DNA from: a virus
Lineage: Duplodnaviria > Caudoviricetes
DNA: 36,450 bases
Virus record (IMG/VR): IMGVR_UViG_3300020414_002646
Coordinates: 1-36,450 of that record
Direction: 5' to 3' (one strand)
This document shows positions 1 through 5,799 of this stretch, piece by piece. Positions within the stretch are counted from its first letter, which is position 1; every line of letters starts with the position of its first letter. The notes beneath the pieces are model-generated. The model did no database searches and was not told where the DNA came from. It worked only from the letters and a program-made list of their open reading frames with translations. The position numbers were made by a program, and so were the translations under genes.

Positions 1-8
1 TGTTTTGT

Positions 9-113
9 TTAATGAGAATCAATTGCAATAAGAGTTGAGAAATACTGTGTGGATACTCTGTAGTTACCCCATGGATACTCTCTAGTTACCTCATAGAAAC
101 CCCTCCAGGTCAT
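9..113 (-). CDS. possible small ORF (34 aa, MTWRGFYEVTREYPWGNYRVSTQYFSTLIAIDSH)
   Basis: ATG at 113-111 just downstream of the minus-strand promoter at 126-154; TAA at 11-9. Could instead be a non-coding transcript. Confidence 0.25.
   Translation of the reverse strand: MTWRGFYEVTREYPWGNYRVSTQYFSTLIAIDSH
50..93. repeat. 22-bp tandem direct repeat x2
   Basis: tggatactctgtagttacccca (50-71) and tggatactctctagttacctca (72-93), 20/22 identical. Confidence 0.9.
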
Positions 114-125
114 GTGAGTTTAGCG

Positions 126-154
126 AGCGTATCATGAACCGCGCGGTTTGTCAA
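126..154 (-). promoter_or_regulatory. leftward sigma70-type promoter
   Basis: Minus strand: TTGACA (154-149), 17-nt spacer, TACGCT (131-126), preceded by an extended -10 TGn. Confidence 0.65.
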
Positions 155-205
155 GTCACGGGGCGGCGAAAAATCATGAGACCCTCAAATTTCAACGAGA
201 TCTTG

Positions 206-213
206 TATAAATA
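206..213 (+). promoter_or_regulatory. T4-type late promoter motif
   Basis: Exact TATAAATA in intergenic DNA. Confidence 0.45.
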
Positions 214-223
214 TTGGTTATGG

Positions 224-370
224 ATCTCGTCGAGATAATCACTTGACATCTCGTCGAGATATCGGTATAATAACAACGTAACATCAAATCTCTACGAGAA
301 TCATGTACGACGACTACGAGTTCGAATACGAGTTTAACAACGAGTCATATACATACGATCTCGACGAGAT
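224..370. repeat. three copies of palindrome ATCTCG(T/A)CGAGAT
   Basis: Copies at 224-236, 248-260 (inside the promoter spacer) and 358-370 (inside ORF 303..500). Confidence 0.9.
243..271 (+). promoter_or_regulatory. consensus sigma70 promoter
   Basis: TTGACA (243-248), 17 nt, TATAAT (266-271). Confidence 0.9.
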
Positions 371-500
371 GTGCGAGTATCATATGGCACGTTCGCAAAC
401 ATCTATGCGAGATATGCACGAGACATATCATAACGATGATGACGAGTATGCACGAGATTCATGCGATTATGACACGCTTGCATACAGGCATTATGCATGA
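303..500 (+). CDS. small acidic Asp/Glu/Tyr-rich hypothetical protein
   Basis: 65-aa ORF directly downstream of a perfect promoter. Confidence 0.65.
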   Translation: MYDDYEFEYEFNNESYTYDLDEMCEYHMARSQTSMRDMHETYHNDDDEYARDSCDYDTLAYRHYA

Positions 501-506
501 TATAAT
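478..506 (+). promoter_or_regulatory. sigma70-type promoter
   Basis: TTGCAT (478-483), 17 nt, TATAAT (501-506) with extended -10 TG. Confidence 0.75.
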
Positions 507-530
507 ACGCACACAACGCACGAGGTTCAC

Positions 531-683
531 ATGTACGCACGCAAACGCATTGTAAGCATCACTCTGGACATCGAGTGTTATGATGACTTGCCCCTGGAAG
601 ATCTGGATTGGAGAGAAGTCCTAGACCTGCAAGGTGACGAGAATGTGCATGTTAGCATCAAGGAAATGGCAGATATCTTTTAA
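531..683 (+). CDS. small acidic hypothetical protein (50 aa, MYARKRIVSITLDIECYDDLPLEDLDWREVLDLQGDENVHVSIKEMADIF)
   Basis: Not in the ORF track; own promoter at 478-506, GAGG RBS at 522-525, ATG 531, TAA 681-683. Confidence 0.75.
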   Translation: MYARKRIVSITLDIECYDDLPLEDLDWREVLDLQGDENVHVSIKEMADIF

Positions 684-688
684 ACTAC

Positions 689-770
689 CAGTTCCCAGAT
701 TGGCACACTAGTAATATTTGATTCTCAATAAGAACTCGTTATTGAGAACAGTGTGCCAATCTGGGAACTG
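689..770. repeat. long nested inverted repeat / hairpin
   Basis: Perfect 21-bp arms at 689-709 and 750-770, plus inner 10-bp arms at 722-731 and 739-748. Confidence 0.9.
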
Positions 771-809
771 CACACTATTCCCCCCATGGGGTTCGTGATC
801 GTGTATTGT
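752..809 (+). promoter_or_regulatory. early-promoter element copy A
   Basis: TGTGCCAA...ACTGCACA followed by CGTG-TATTGT (-10 at 804-809). Confidence 0.6.
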
Positions 810-862
810 TGAAATGTGGGTGAGAATTCTCTACACTAACTCCCCACGAATTCTTTTCACAA

Positions 863-1081
863 ATGAACAACACAATCCTCGCAATTCTGTACACTTTGAA
901 CCTCATGGCATTCGTGACAGAAATGACCGTGAAATCTGCAGTTCGTGTCATCGCACTCGCAATTGTGCTGGGTGAGTATACCTGGACTGGCGCACAGGTT
1001 ATCTACAACAACCGCCGTGAAATCCTGGAGAACGTTAACATTTTCCGTGAGACCGTTGGATCTTACTTTGTGTATGCTTGA
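863..1081 (+). CDS. hypothetical protein with hydrophobic N-terminal half
   Basis: 72-aa ORF downstream of element A. Confidence 0.7.
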   Translation: MNNTILAILYTLNLMAFVTEMTVKSAVRVIALAIVLGEYTWTGAQVIYNNRREILENVNIFRETVGSYFVYA

Positions 1082-1094
1082 TTCGTGACAACAA

Positions 1095-1154
1095 ACTGTG
1101 CCACATGTTCTAGTGGCACAGTAAATGAGCACAGTGCTCAAAATCGTGTATTGT
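1095..1154 (+). promoter_or_regulatory. early-promoter element copy B
   Basis: Dyad ACTGTGCCAC-N8-GTGGCACAGT (1095-1122), then TGAGCACAG, CAAAATCG and TATTGT (1149-1154). Confidence 0.75.
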
Positions 1155-1177
1155 ATCAACAGTTGAGAAATTCATTC

Positions 1178-1312
1178 ATGTTTGACGAACTTTGGAGTGA
1201 GATTGCTGATGCTCCCGGTGAGATCTTCGATGTGATCGAATACAAGGAAGAATGGGAAAAAGAAGAGAAATTTAACGTAGAATCTTACATCAACGGAAAC
1301 ACCGATTATTGA
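1178..1312 (+). CDS. small acidic hypothetical protein (44 aa, MFDELWSEI...)
   Basis: ATG at 1178 preferred over the track start at 1085, which runs through promoter element B. Confidence 0.7.
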   Translation: MFDELWSEIADAPGEIFDVIEYKEEWEKEEKFNVESYINGNTDY

Positions 1313-1332
1313 CACAAACCGGTCGGCTGCCC

Positions 1333-1388
1333 GACCAGTTGGATAGGTGGCACACAAAATGGGCACAGGGGTCAAAACCGTGTATTGT
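1333..1388 (+). promoter_or_regulatory. early-promoter element copy C
   Basis: GACCAGTT-N6-GTGGCACA (1347-1354), TGGGCACAG, CAAAACCG, TATTGT (1383-1388). Confidence 0.75.
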
Positions 1389-1394
1389 AGACCC

Positions 1395-1574
1395 ATGAAC
1401 AAAACCACTCTTTTTTCCGATCAAAACCTGCAGGATCTGCAGGACTTCATGTTTGACACTATGGCATCATCCGAAATGGCAGTCGATTGGTTCTGCGAAC
1501 GTTTCGACGTAAGTGCAACTGACGAGGTCATTGATTTCGTGGTTGATGCACACTTTGCATTTTTCGGTGAGTGA
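1395..1574 (+). CDS. small acidic hypothetical protein (59 aa, MNKTTLFSD...)
   Basis: ATG at 1395, 7 nt after the -10 box; the track start at 1347 lies inside the promoter. Confidence 0.7.
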   Translation: MNKTTLFSDQNLQDLQDFMFDTMASSEMAVDWFCERFDVSATDEVIDFVVDAHFAFFGE

Positions 1575-1583
1575 TAATCATCT

Positions 1584-1639
1584 GACCAGTTGCCGAAGTG
1601 GCACACGATTTTGGCACAGACCCCAAAATCGACTATCTT
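1584..1639 (+). promoter_or_regulatory. early-promoter element copy D
   Basis: GACCAGTT-N6-GTGGCACA (1598-1605), TTGGCACAG, CAAAATCG, TATCTT (1634-1639). Confidence 0.75.
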
Positions 1640-1647
1640 AGAGGAGT

Positions 1648-1667
1648 GGAGGGGATCGCGCCCCTCC
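1648..1667 (+). other. GC-rich 5'-leader hairpin
   Basis: GGAGGGG-atcgcg-CCCCTCC just after the predicted start of element D, followed by a pyrimidine tract. Confidence 0.6.
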
Positions 1668-1692
1668 CGCCCTGTTCCTTCTCTTCTCTTTC

Positions 1693-2037
1693 ATGCGTAA
1701 GATCGAATCCAAAATGATTGCCGCAATCAAAGGTAACACTGACTGGAAGTGCGATAACACCGAAGTTATCAACATCGAAGGTGTAAGTTTCGTTTATCTC
1801 CACGGCAATCAAATTGCAACGATCGATGATGACTCCCTCACTCTGTTTGACGGTGGTTATCAATCCAAGACTACAAAGTCACGTTTGAATGCGCTTCTTT
1901 CTGAGTTTGGTTACACTTGCGGAACAAAACGTGAGTATGTTTTCCAGAAGCAATTTGAGTGGTTCGTTAACTTTGTAGACACCAAAACTGAGCAGATGAT
2001 GACTATTCCTTTCGCCAACGGAATGCGCCTTGCCTGA
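1693..2037 (+). CDS. conserved cyanophage-type early hypothetical protein
   Basis: 114 aa; motifs VYLHGNQIA and TTKSRLNALL recalled from T4-like cyanophage early genes. Confidence 0.8.
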   Translation: MRKIESKMIAAIKGNTDWKCDNTEVINIEGVSFVYLHGNQIATIDDDSLTLFDGGYQSKTTKSRLNALLSEFGYTCGTKREYVFQKQFEWFVNFVDTKTEQMMTIPFANGMRLA

Positions 2038-2047
2038 TGACAACTCT

Positions 2048-2064
2048 GGGGGTTAAATTCCCCC
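2048..2064 (+). other. intergenic hairpin (processing/stability site or weak terminator)
   Basis: GGGGG-ttaaatt-CCCCC followed by a T/C-rich tract. Confidence 0.45.
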
Positions 2065-2093
2065 TCAATTGTTTTCACTTTTCTCTCTTTATT

Positions 2094-3020
2094 ATGACTC
2101 AAAACCTTCACATCGAACACCCCGAAGATACCATCCTGACCGGTGACACTTCGTTCCTGCAATCCATCAAATCCGACTTCCATCTTTCGGTCAAAATGGA
2201 CGGCGCTCCCGCTATCGTTTGGGGACAGAATCCTGCCACCGGCAATTGGTTTGTGGGAACCAAATCTGTGTTCAATAAAGTGAAGATTAAGATCAATGAA
2301 TCTCATGAGGACATTGATGCTAACCACACTGGAGAGGTAGCAGAAATCCTTCACAAATGCTTTGACTATCTGCCACAAAACAAAGGCATTTTCCAGGGAG
2401 ATTTTATTGGTTTCGGTGGTTCTGATGAGTATACTCCCAACACGATTACATACAAATTCGATGACATAATTGATCAGGAAATCATCATTGCTCCGCATAC
2501 AGTTTACACCGCAGAATCTGACCTGCGTGATGCTGTAGCAGCACCGATGAAGTATATCATCACTGACACATCTTATTGTAAGTTTGTCTTCCCTAAGGCA
2601 TACATTTGGTCCGGTTCTTATTTGGAAGGTGCTGATGGGTTTGAGATGCCCCCGATCATCGATTTGATCCGTGAGGTGATGTCTAAGACTGAGTTTGTTT
2701 CTGATAAGGAAGCAAAGAAAATTAAGAAAAATGTTAACAGTGCCCTGCGTTCTAGTAATGCACTGCGCGTTGAGGATTTCAATGGCAATGTTAACCTTAT
2801 GCACCTCTACGGGTTGATGATAGCTTTGAAGGATGAGTTGATGCATCAGTGCCGAAATGTTGGTCCCCGTGCATTCATCGGATATGATGAAATTTCTGCA
2901 GAGGGTTATGTTATGGGAAGTGAGTTTGGAACATTTAAGTTGGTAGATCGTCAGCGGTTCAGTGTCGCTAATTTCAATAATTCCCGCTTCCAAACTAATA
3001 TCGTAAACGGTATCGCCTGA
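2094..3020 (+). CDS. putative ligase-superfamily nucleotidyltransferase (DUF6267-like)
   Basis: ATG at 2094 (MTQNLHIEHPED); motifs SVKMDG, FQGDF, EGYV and FKLV resemble ligase motifs I/III/IV/V. Confidence 0.7.
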   Translation: MTQNLHIEHPEDTILTGDTSFLQSIKSDFHLSVKMDGAPAIVWGQNPATGNWFVGTKSVFNKVKIKINESHEDIDANHTGEVAEILHKCFDYLPQNKGIFQGDFIGFGGSDEYTPNTITYKFDDIIDQEIIIAPHTVYTAESDLRDAVAAPMKYIITDTSYCKFVFPKAYIWSGSYLEGADGFEMPPIIDLIREVMSKTEFVSDKEAKKIKKNVNSALRSSNALRVEDFNGNVNLMHLYGLMIALKDELMHQCRNVGPRAFIGYDEISAEGYVMGSEFGTFKLVDRQRFSVANFNNSRFQTNIVNGIA

Positions 3021-3051
3021 TACAGAACGGGAGAGGGCAACCGGGTATCTT
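3010..3051 (+). promoter_or_regulatory. NtcA-type class II promoter
   Basis: GTA-N8-TAC (GTATCGCCTGATAC, 3010-3023), 22-nt spacer, TATCTT (3046-3051). Confidence 0.65.
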
Positions 3052-3073
3052 ATAAGGGTTGAAAGCAACACAC

Positions 3074-3316
3074 ATGGCAAAGGCAATCGGCAACACACGC
3101 AGCACCGACACCAACCTGAAGGGGCAGGCGCTCCGTGCTAGCAGCGGCGGCGGGATGACCTTCACTAAGGCGCGGGGGTTGGGCGCTTCCATGGTAGCAG
3201 ACCTAGAGGGAGTGAAGCGCAAGGCAAAGGCACAGTATCGCGCCGACCGCATTGCTGCCGCCCGCGATCGCTTGGCAGATCGCCAGGCACACTCCCCCCT
3301 TGCCTGCCGCTACTGA
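3074..3316 (+). CDS. small basic Ala/Arg-rich hypothetical protein (80 aa)
   Basis: ATG at 3074 downstream of the NtcA-type promoter; GC-rich coding sequence. Confidence 0.65.
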   Translation: MAKAIGNTRSTDTNLKGQALRASSGGGMTFTKARGLGASMVADLEGVKRKAKAQYRADRIAAARDRLADRQAHSPLACRY

Positions 3317-3506
3317 CCCCCCTATGCGTTCGTGACCACAGCAGTGCCCCCCTGCGGGGCGTTGCCGTGGCGCGGCGCGTGTTGCCCCCCGTATATAAAA
3401 ACGCCTAACTTCCCTAATCTATAAAGTGTTACGAAAGGCAGCTAAATTTACCGTGGATTCAAAAATTTTTTTCGCTATATAAAAATTGGGTATAGGATTC
3501 AAATAT

Positions 3507-3677
3507 ATGGAAAAAAATCCGCAGGAAAATTTAAGGACCATAGAGATTGATCCAGTATCGGGAGAGCATTATGTAGTAATTCCGGAGTGGATCTGTGATG
3601 AGAACGGATGGTATGAGGGAGTCGAAGTCAACATTGAGGCAGAGAGTGATTGCATTATAATCCGTTCTATTGACTAA
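3507..3677 (+). CDS. AbrB/MazE/SpoVT-like swapped-hairpin protein
   Basis: 56 aa; pattern YVVIPEWICDENGWYEGVEVNIE...IIIR matches the AbrB-type (I/L)P-x4-5-(L)GW-x2-G-x2-V fold signature. Confidence 0.65.
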   Translation: MEKNPQENLRTIEIDPVSGEHYVVIPEWICDENGWYEGVEVNIEAESDCIIIRSID

Positions 3678-3698
3678 GCATAGATAGAGTGTTATGAT
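3670..3698 (+). promoter_or_regulatory. sigma70-type promoter
   Basis: TTGACT (3670-3675), 17 nt, TATGAT (3693-3698) with extended -10 TG. Confidence 0.75.
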
Positions 3699-3720
3699 AC
3701 TGATGTAGTTACTTACAGTT

Positions 3721-4485
3721 ATGGCTAAAGGATTTACCGTTAAAGCAAAAGCACCAAAACCCAGTGGATCTACAACGAACACCGAATGGGATTATGCCAA
3801 AGCGCGAGAGATGATCAAAGGTAAGACAGTAGTATTCTGTCTACCTGGAAGAGGAGTTTCATACACATACTTGAAGAACTTTGTACAACTTTGTTTTGAT
3901 CTTGTACAAAGCGGAGCAAGCATCCAGATTTCGCAAGATTATTCTTCCATGGTTAACTTTGCAAGATGCAAGTGTCTTGGAGCAAACGTGCTGCGAGGAC
4001 CGGATCAAATTCCGTGGGACGGCAAACTGGATTATGATTATCAATTGTGGATTGATAGTGATATTGTGTTTAATACCGAAAAATTCTATCAATTAATTTT
4101 GATGGATAAAGATATTGCAAGTGGTTGGTATTCCACTGAGGACGGGCGCACAAGTTCTGTGGCACACTGGTTGGAAGAGGATGATTTTGCCAAGAACGGT
4201 GGAGTCATGAATCACGAAACCGTTGAAAGTCTTCCAAAGAGAAAGAAACCATTTACAGTTGATTATGCTGGTTTCGGATGGTTGCTGATCAAGAAGGGAG
4301 TCTTTGAGCATCCTGAGATGAAGTATCCATGGTTTGCACCGAAGATGCAAGTCTTTGAGAGTGGTGCAGTACAAGATATGTGTGGAGAGGATGTAAGTTT
4401 CTGTCTCGATGCAAAGGACGCAGGATTTGAGATTTGGTGTGATCCTCGCATTCGCGTTGGTCACGAAAAGACTCGGGTTATCTGA
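3721..4485 (+). CDS. GT-A fold (family 2-like) glycosyltransferase
   Basis: WIDSDI DxD motif, GFGWLLIKKGVFE and GEDVSFC catalytic-region motifs, C-terminal VGH. Confidence 0.8.
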   Translation: MAKGFTVKAKAPKPSGSTTNTEWDYAKAREMIKGKTVVFCLPGRGVSYTYLKNFVQLCFDLVQSGASIQISQDYSSMVNFARCKCLGANVLRGPDQIPWDGKLDYDYQLWIDSDIVFNTEKFYQLILMDKDIASGWYSTEDGRTSSVAHWLEEDDFAKNGGVMNHETVESLPKRKKPFTVDYAGFGWLLIKKGVFEHPEMKYPWFAPKMQVFESGAVQDMCGEDVSFCLDAKDAGFEIWCDPRIRVGHEKTRVI

Positions 4486-4649
4486 TGAAGAAAGAGGCAA
4501 GTTATACAATTCTCCATAAGGGAGAAGTATTATACAAGAACTTGACGGAGGAAGAATACTTTGATATGATGGAGGACCTTTCGATAGAGTATTATCAGAA
4601 AGGTTCTCCAAGACCTCAAGATCTTGAAACAAAAATGTTTAGTATTTAA
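4485..4649 (+). CDS. hypothetical protein (54 aa, MKKEASYTILHKGEVLYKNLTEEEYFDMMEDL...)
   Basis: Not in the track; TGATG overlap with the upstream stop codon, TAA 4647-4649. Confidence 0.75.
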   Translation: MKKEASYTILHKGEVLYKNLTEEEYFDMMEDLSIEYYQKGSPRPQDLETKMFSI

Positions 4650-4664
4650 GGAGCACTAATTATT

Positions 4665-4814
4665 ATGGCAATGCGTTCAAAGGTTGGTTTGGTCAAGGAT
4701 GGTTTTATGCCTGGCAAACCCAAAAAGTCTCGTCAAGGAAGTGGAAAGAATACGAAGTATGCCGCCACGTCTCGTAATAATGCAAAGAAAGTTTATCGTG
4801 GTCAAGGTCGTTAA
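4665..4814 (+). CDS. small very basic protein ending KKVYRGQGR (49 aa)
   Basis: Not in the track; AGGAG RBS upstream; C-terminal YRGQG motif recalled from conserved small phage proteins. Confidence 0.8.
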   Translation: MAMRSKVGLVKDGFMPGKPKKSRQGSGKNTKYAATSRNNAKKVYRGQGR

Positions 4815-4845
4815 TACATACATGTAGTAATGTAAAGTTATTACC

Positions 4846-5559
4846 ATGGCATGTTTGATAGCAAATCTTCCTTCAATGGAAGTATGGGTTCGTAAAGAAT
4901 ATCTAACAGATCATCAAAGTGGGCACGGTGAATTTGTAAAGGGCGTTTGGGTATCGGTCAAGTCGATACCTGGACGCGCTTTTTATTTTGAGACTTATTT
5001 ACCAGAGTATGCGGCAATGTATGATAAATTGCCCATCAGCGCCTTTGTCTCGGATCCTGAGACCCCTTCTCCTGATATGAGCCTACCAAACCTCCAGTTT
5101 TGGAACTGCATGGACTACGGAGTCGTCTCGGTGGATAAGAAATTTATTGGTTCAATGGACTTTGAGTGTTATACAAGAGATCATGGTATTGTAAAGGGCA
5201 CTTATGTATGTACGATTGATAATTATCACCATGATCCAGACTATGTTGATTGGGCAACAAGTGAAAATCCTGCCGAACACAAGTCTCATAACCTGATTGA
5301 ACTTGAAAATGGGCAGTATGGACTGTATCCAAACAACAGAATGCGTATTTTTGACAATAGTTTAACTCCTGTTGATCCAAAAATGCCTGATTTTAAGGTT
5401 TCAACGCAATATTATCAAGTTGAGAATGGAAATGATCGACTTGGAATGGGTCGTGAGGACGAATATTTCTGGAAAACTGCAAAAGAACGCAAAAAACTGG
5501 AAGAAAATCCGGAAGAGATGTATAAATCTCAAGATGGTCGCCCTTTAGATCTTCAATAA
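4846..5559 (+). CDS. conserved phage hypothetical protein
   Basis: 237 aa; motifs NLP, KLPISAF, QFWNC, EHKSH, YPNNR. Confidence 0.85.
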   Translation: MACLIANLPSMEVWVRKEYLTDHQSGHGEFVKGVWVSVKSIPGRAFYFETYLPEYAAMYDKLPISAFVSDPETPSPDMSLPNLQFWNCMDYGVVSVDKKFIGSMDFECYTRDHGIVKGTYVCTIDNYHHDPDYVDWATSENPAEHKSHNLIELENGQYGLYPNNRMRIFDNSLTPVDPKMPDFKVSTQYYQVENGNDRLGMGREDEYFWKTAKERKKLEENPEEMYKSQDGRPLDLQ

Positions 5560-5562
5560 ATA
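5555..5562 (+). promoter_or_regulatory. T4-type late promoter
   Basis: AATAAATA overlapping the upstream stop codon. Confidence 0.6.
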
Positions 5563-5568
5563 CGAAAT

Positions 5569-5616
5569 AGGGATAGCAACCCCTCAAAAAGTTCTGTTTT
5601 TACACAAAAACAGGAG
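5569..5616 (+). ncRNA. candidate structured 5' leader (small stem-loop/pseudoknot plus RBS-sequestering hairpin)
   Basis: AGGG-ATAGCAAC-CCCT-CAAAAA-GTT, then a 10-bp stem (5592-5601/5606-5615) covering AGGA of the SD. Confidence 0.4.
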
Positions 5617-5620
5617 AAAA

Positions 5621-5797
5621 ATGGGAAATTCACCCGTTGATAGAGATAAAAACTACATGAAATCTATGTGGGGAACCGCAAGTTTGACAACAGACTACTG
5701 GTCACTCCCAAGAAAAACAGAAGATCCGGAAGAAATTACGATTCAAGAGATTATGCACGATAATTTGAACTCGAATCAACAAAATCTTCAGGAATGA
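5621..5797 (+). CDS. small hypothetical protein (58 aa, MGNSPVDRDKNYMKSMWGT...)
   Basis: Not in the track; AGGAG RBS, ATG 5621, TGA 5795-5797. Confidence 0.75.
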   Translation: MGNSPVDRDKNYMKSMWGTASLTTDYWSLPRKTEDPEEITIQEIMHDNLNSNQQNLQE

Positions 5798-5799
5798 GG

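Noticed and set aside
1085-1394. Track start codons at 1085 and 1347 (also 2037, 3059 and 3486)
   Set aside because: These extend through promoter or leader elements; downstream ATGs at 1178, 1395, 2094, 3074 and 3507 fit better.
688-1639. Repeated GTGGCACA elements as a CRISPR array
   Set aside because: Copies are degenerate, separated by whole genes at irregular distances and tied to -10 boxes; no cas genes.
1911-3098. 395-aa minus-strand ORF
   Set aside because: Antisense shadow of the motif-bearing + strand gene; no promoter, RBS or recognisable motifs; explicable by codon bias of the sense gene.
3330-3400. GC-rich stretch as a tRNA gene
   Set aside because: No cloverleaf, no properly placed T-loop or D-loop consensus, no CCA end.
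3705-3716. GTAGTTACTTAC as a second NtcA box
   Set aside because: Spacing is GTA-N6-TAC, not N8.
4093-4632. 179-aa minus-strand ORF and other short antisense ORFs in the track
   Set aside because: Fully overlap well-supported + strand genes and have no independent signals.
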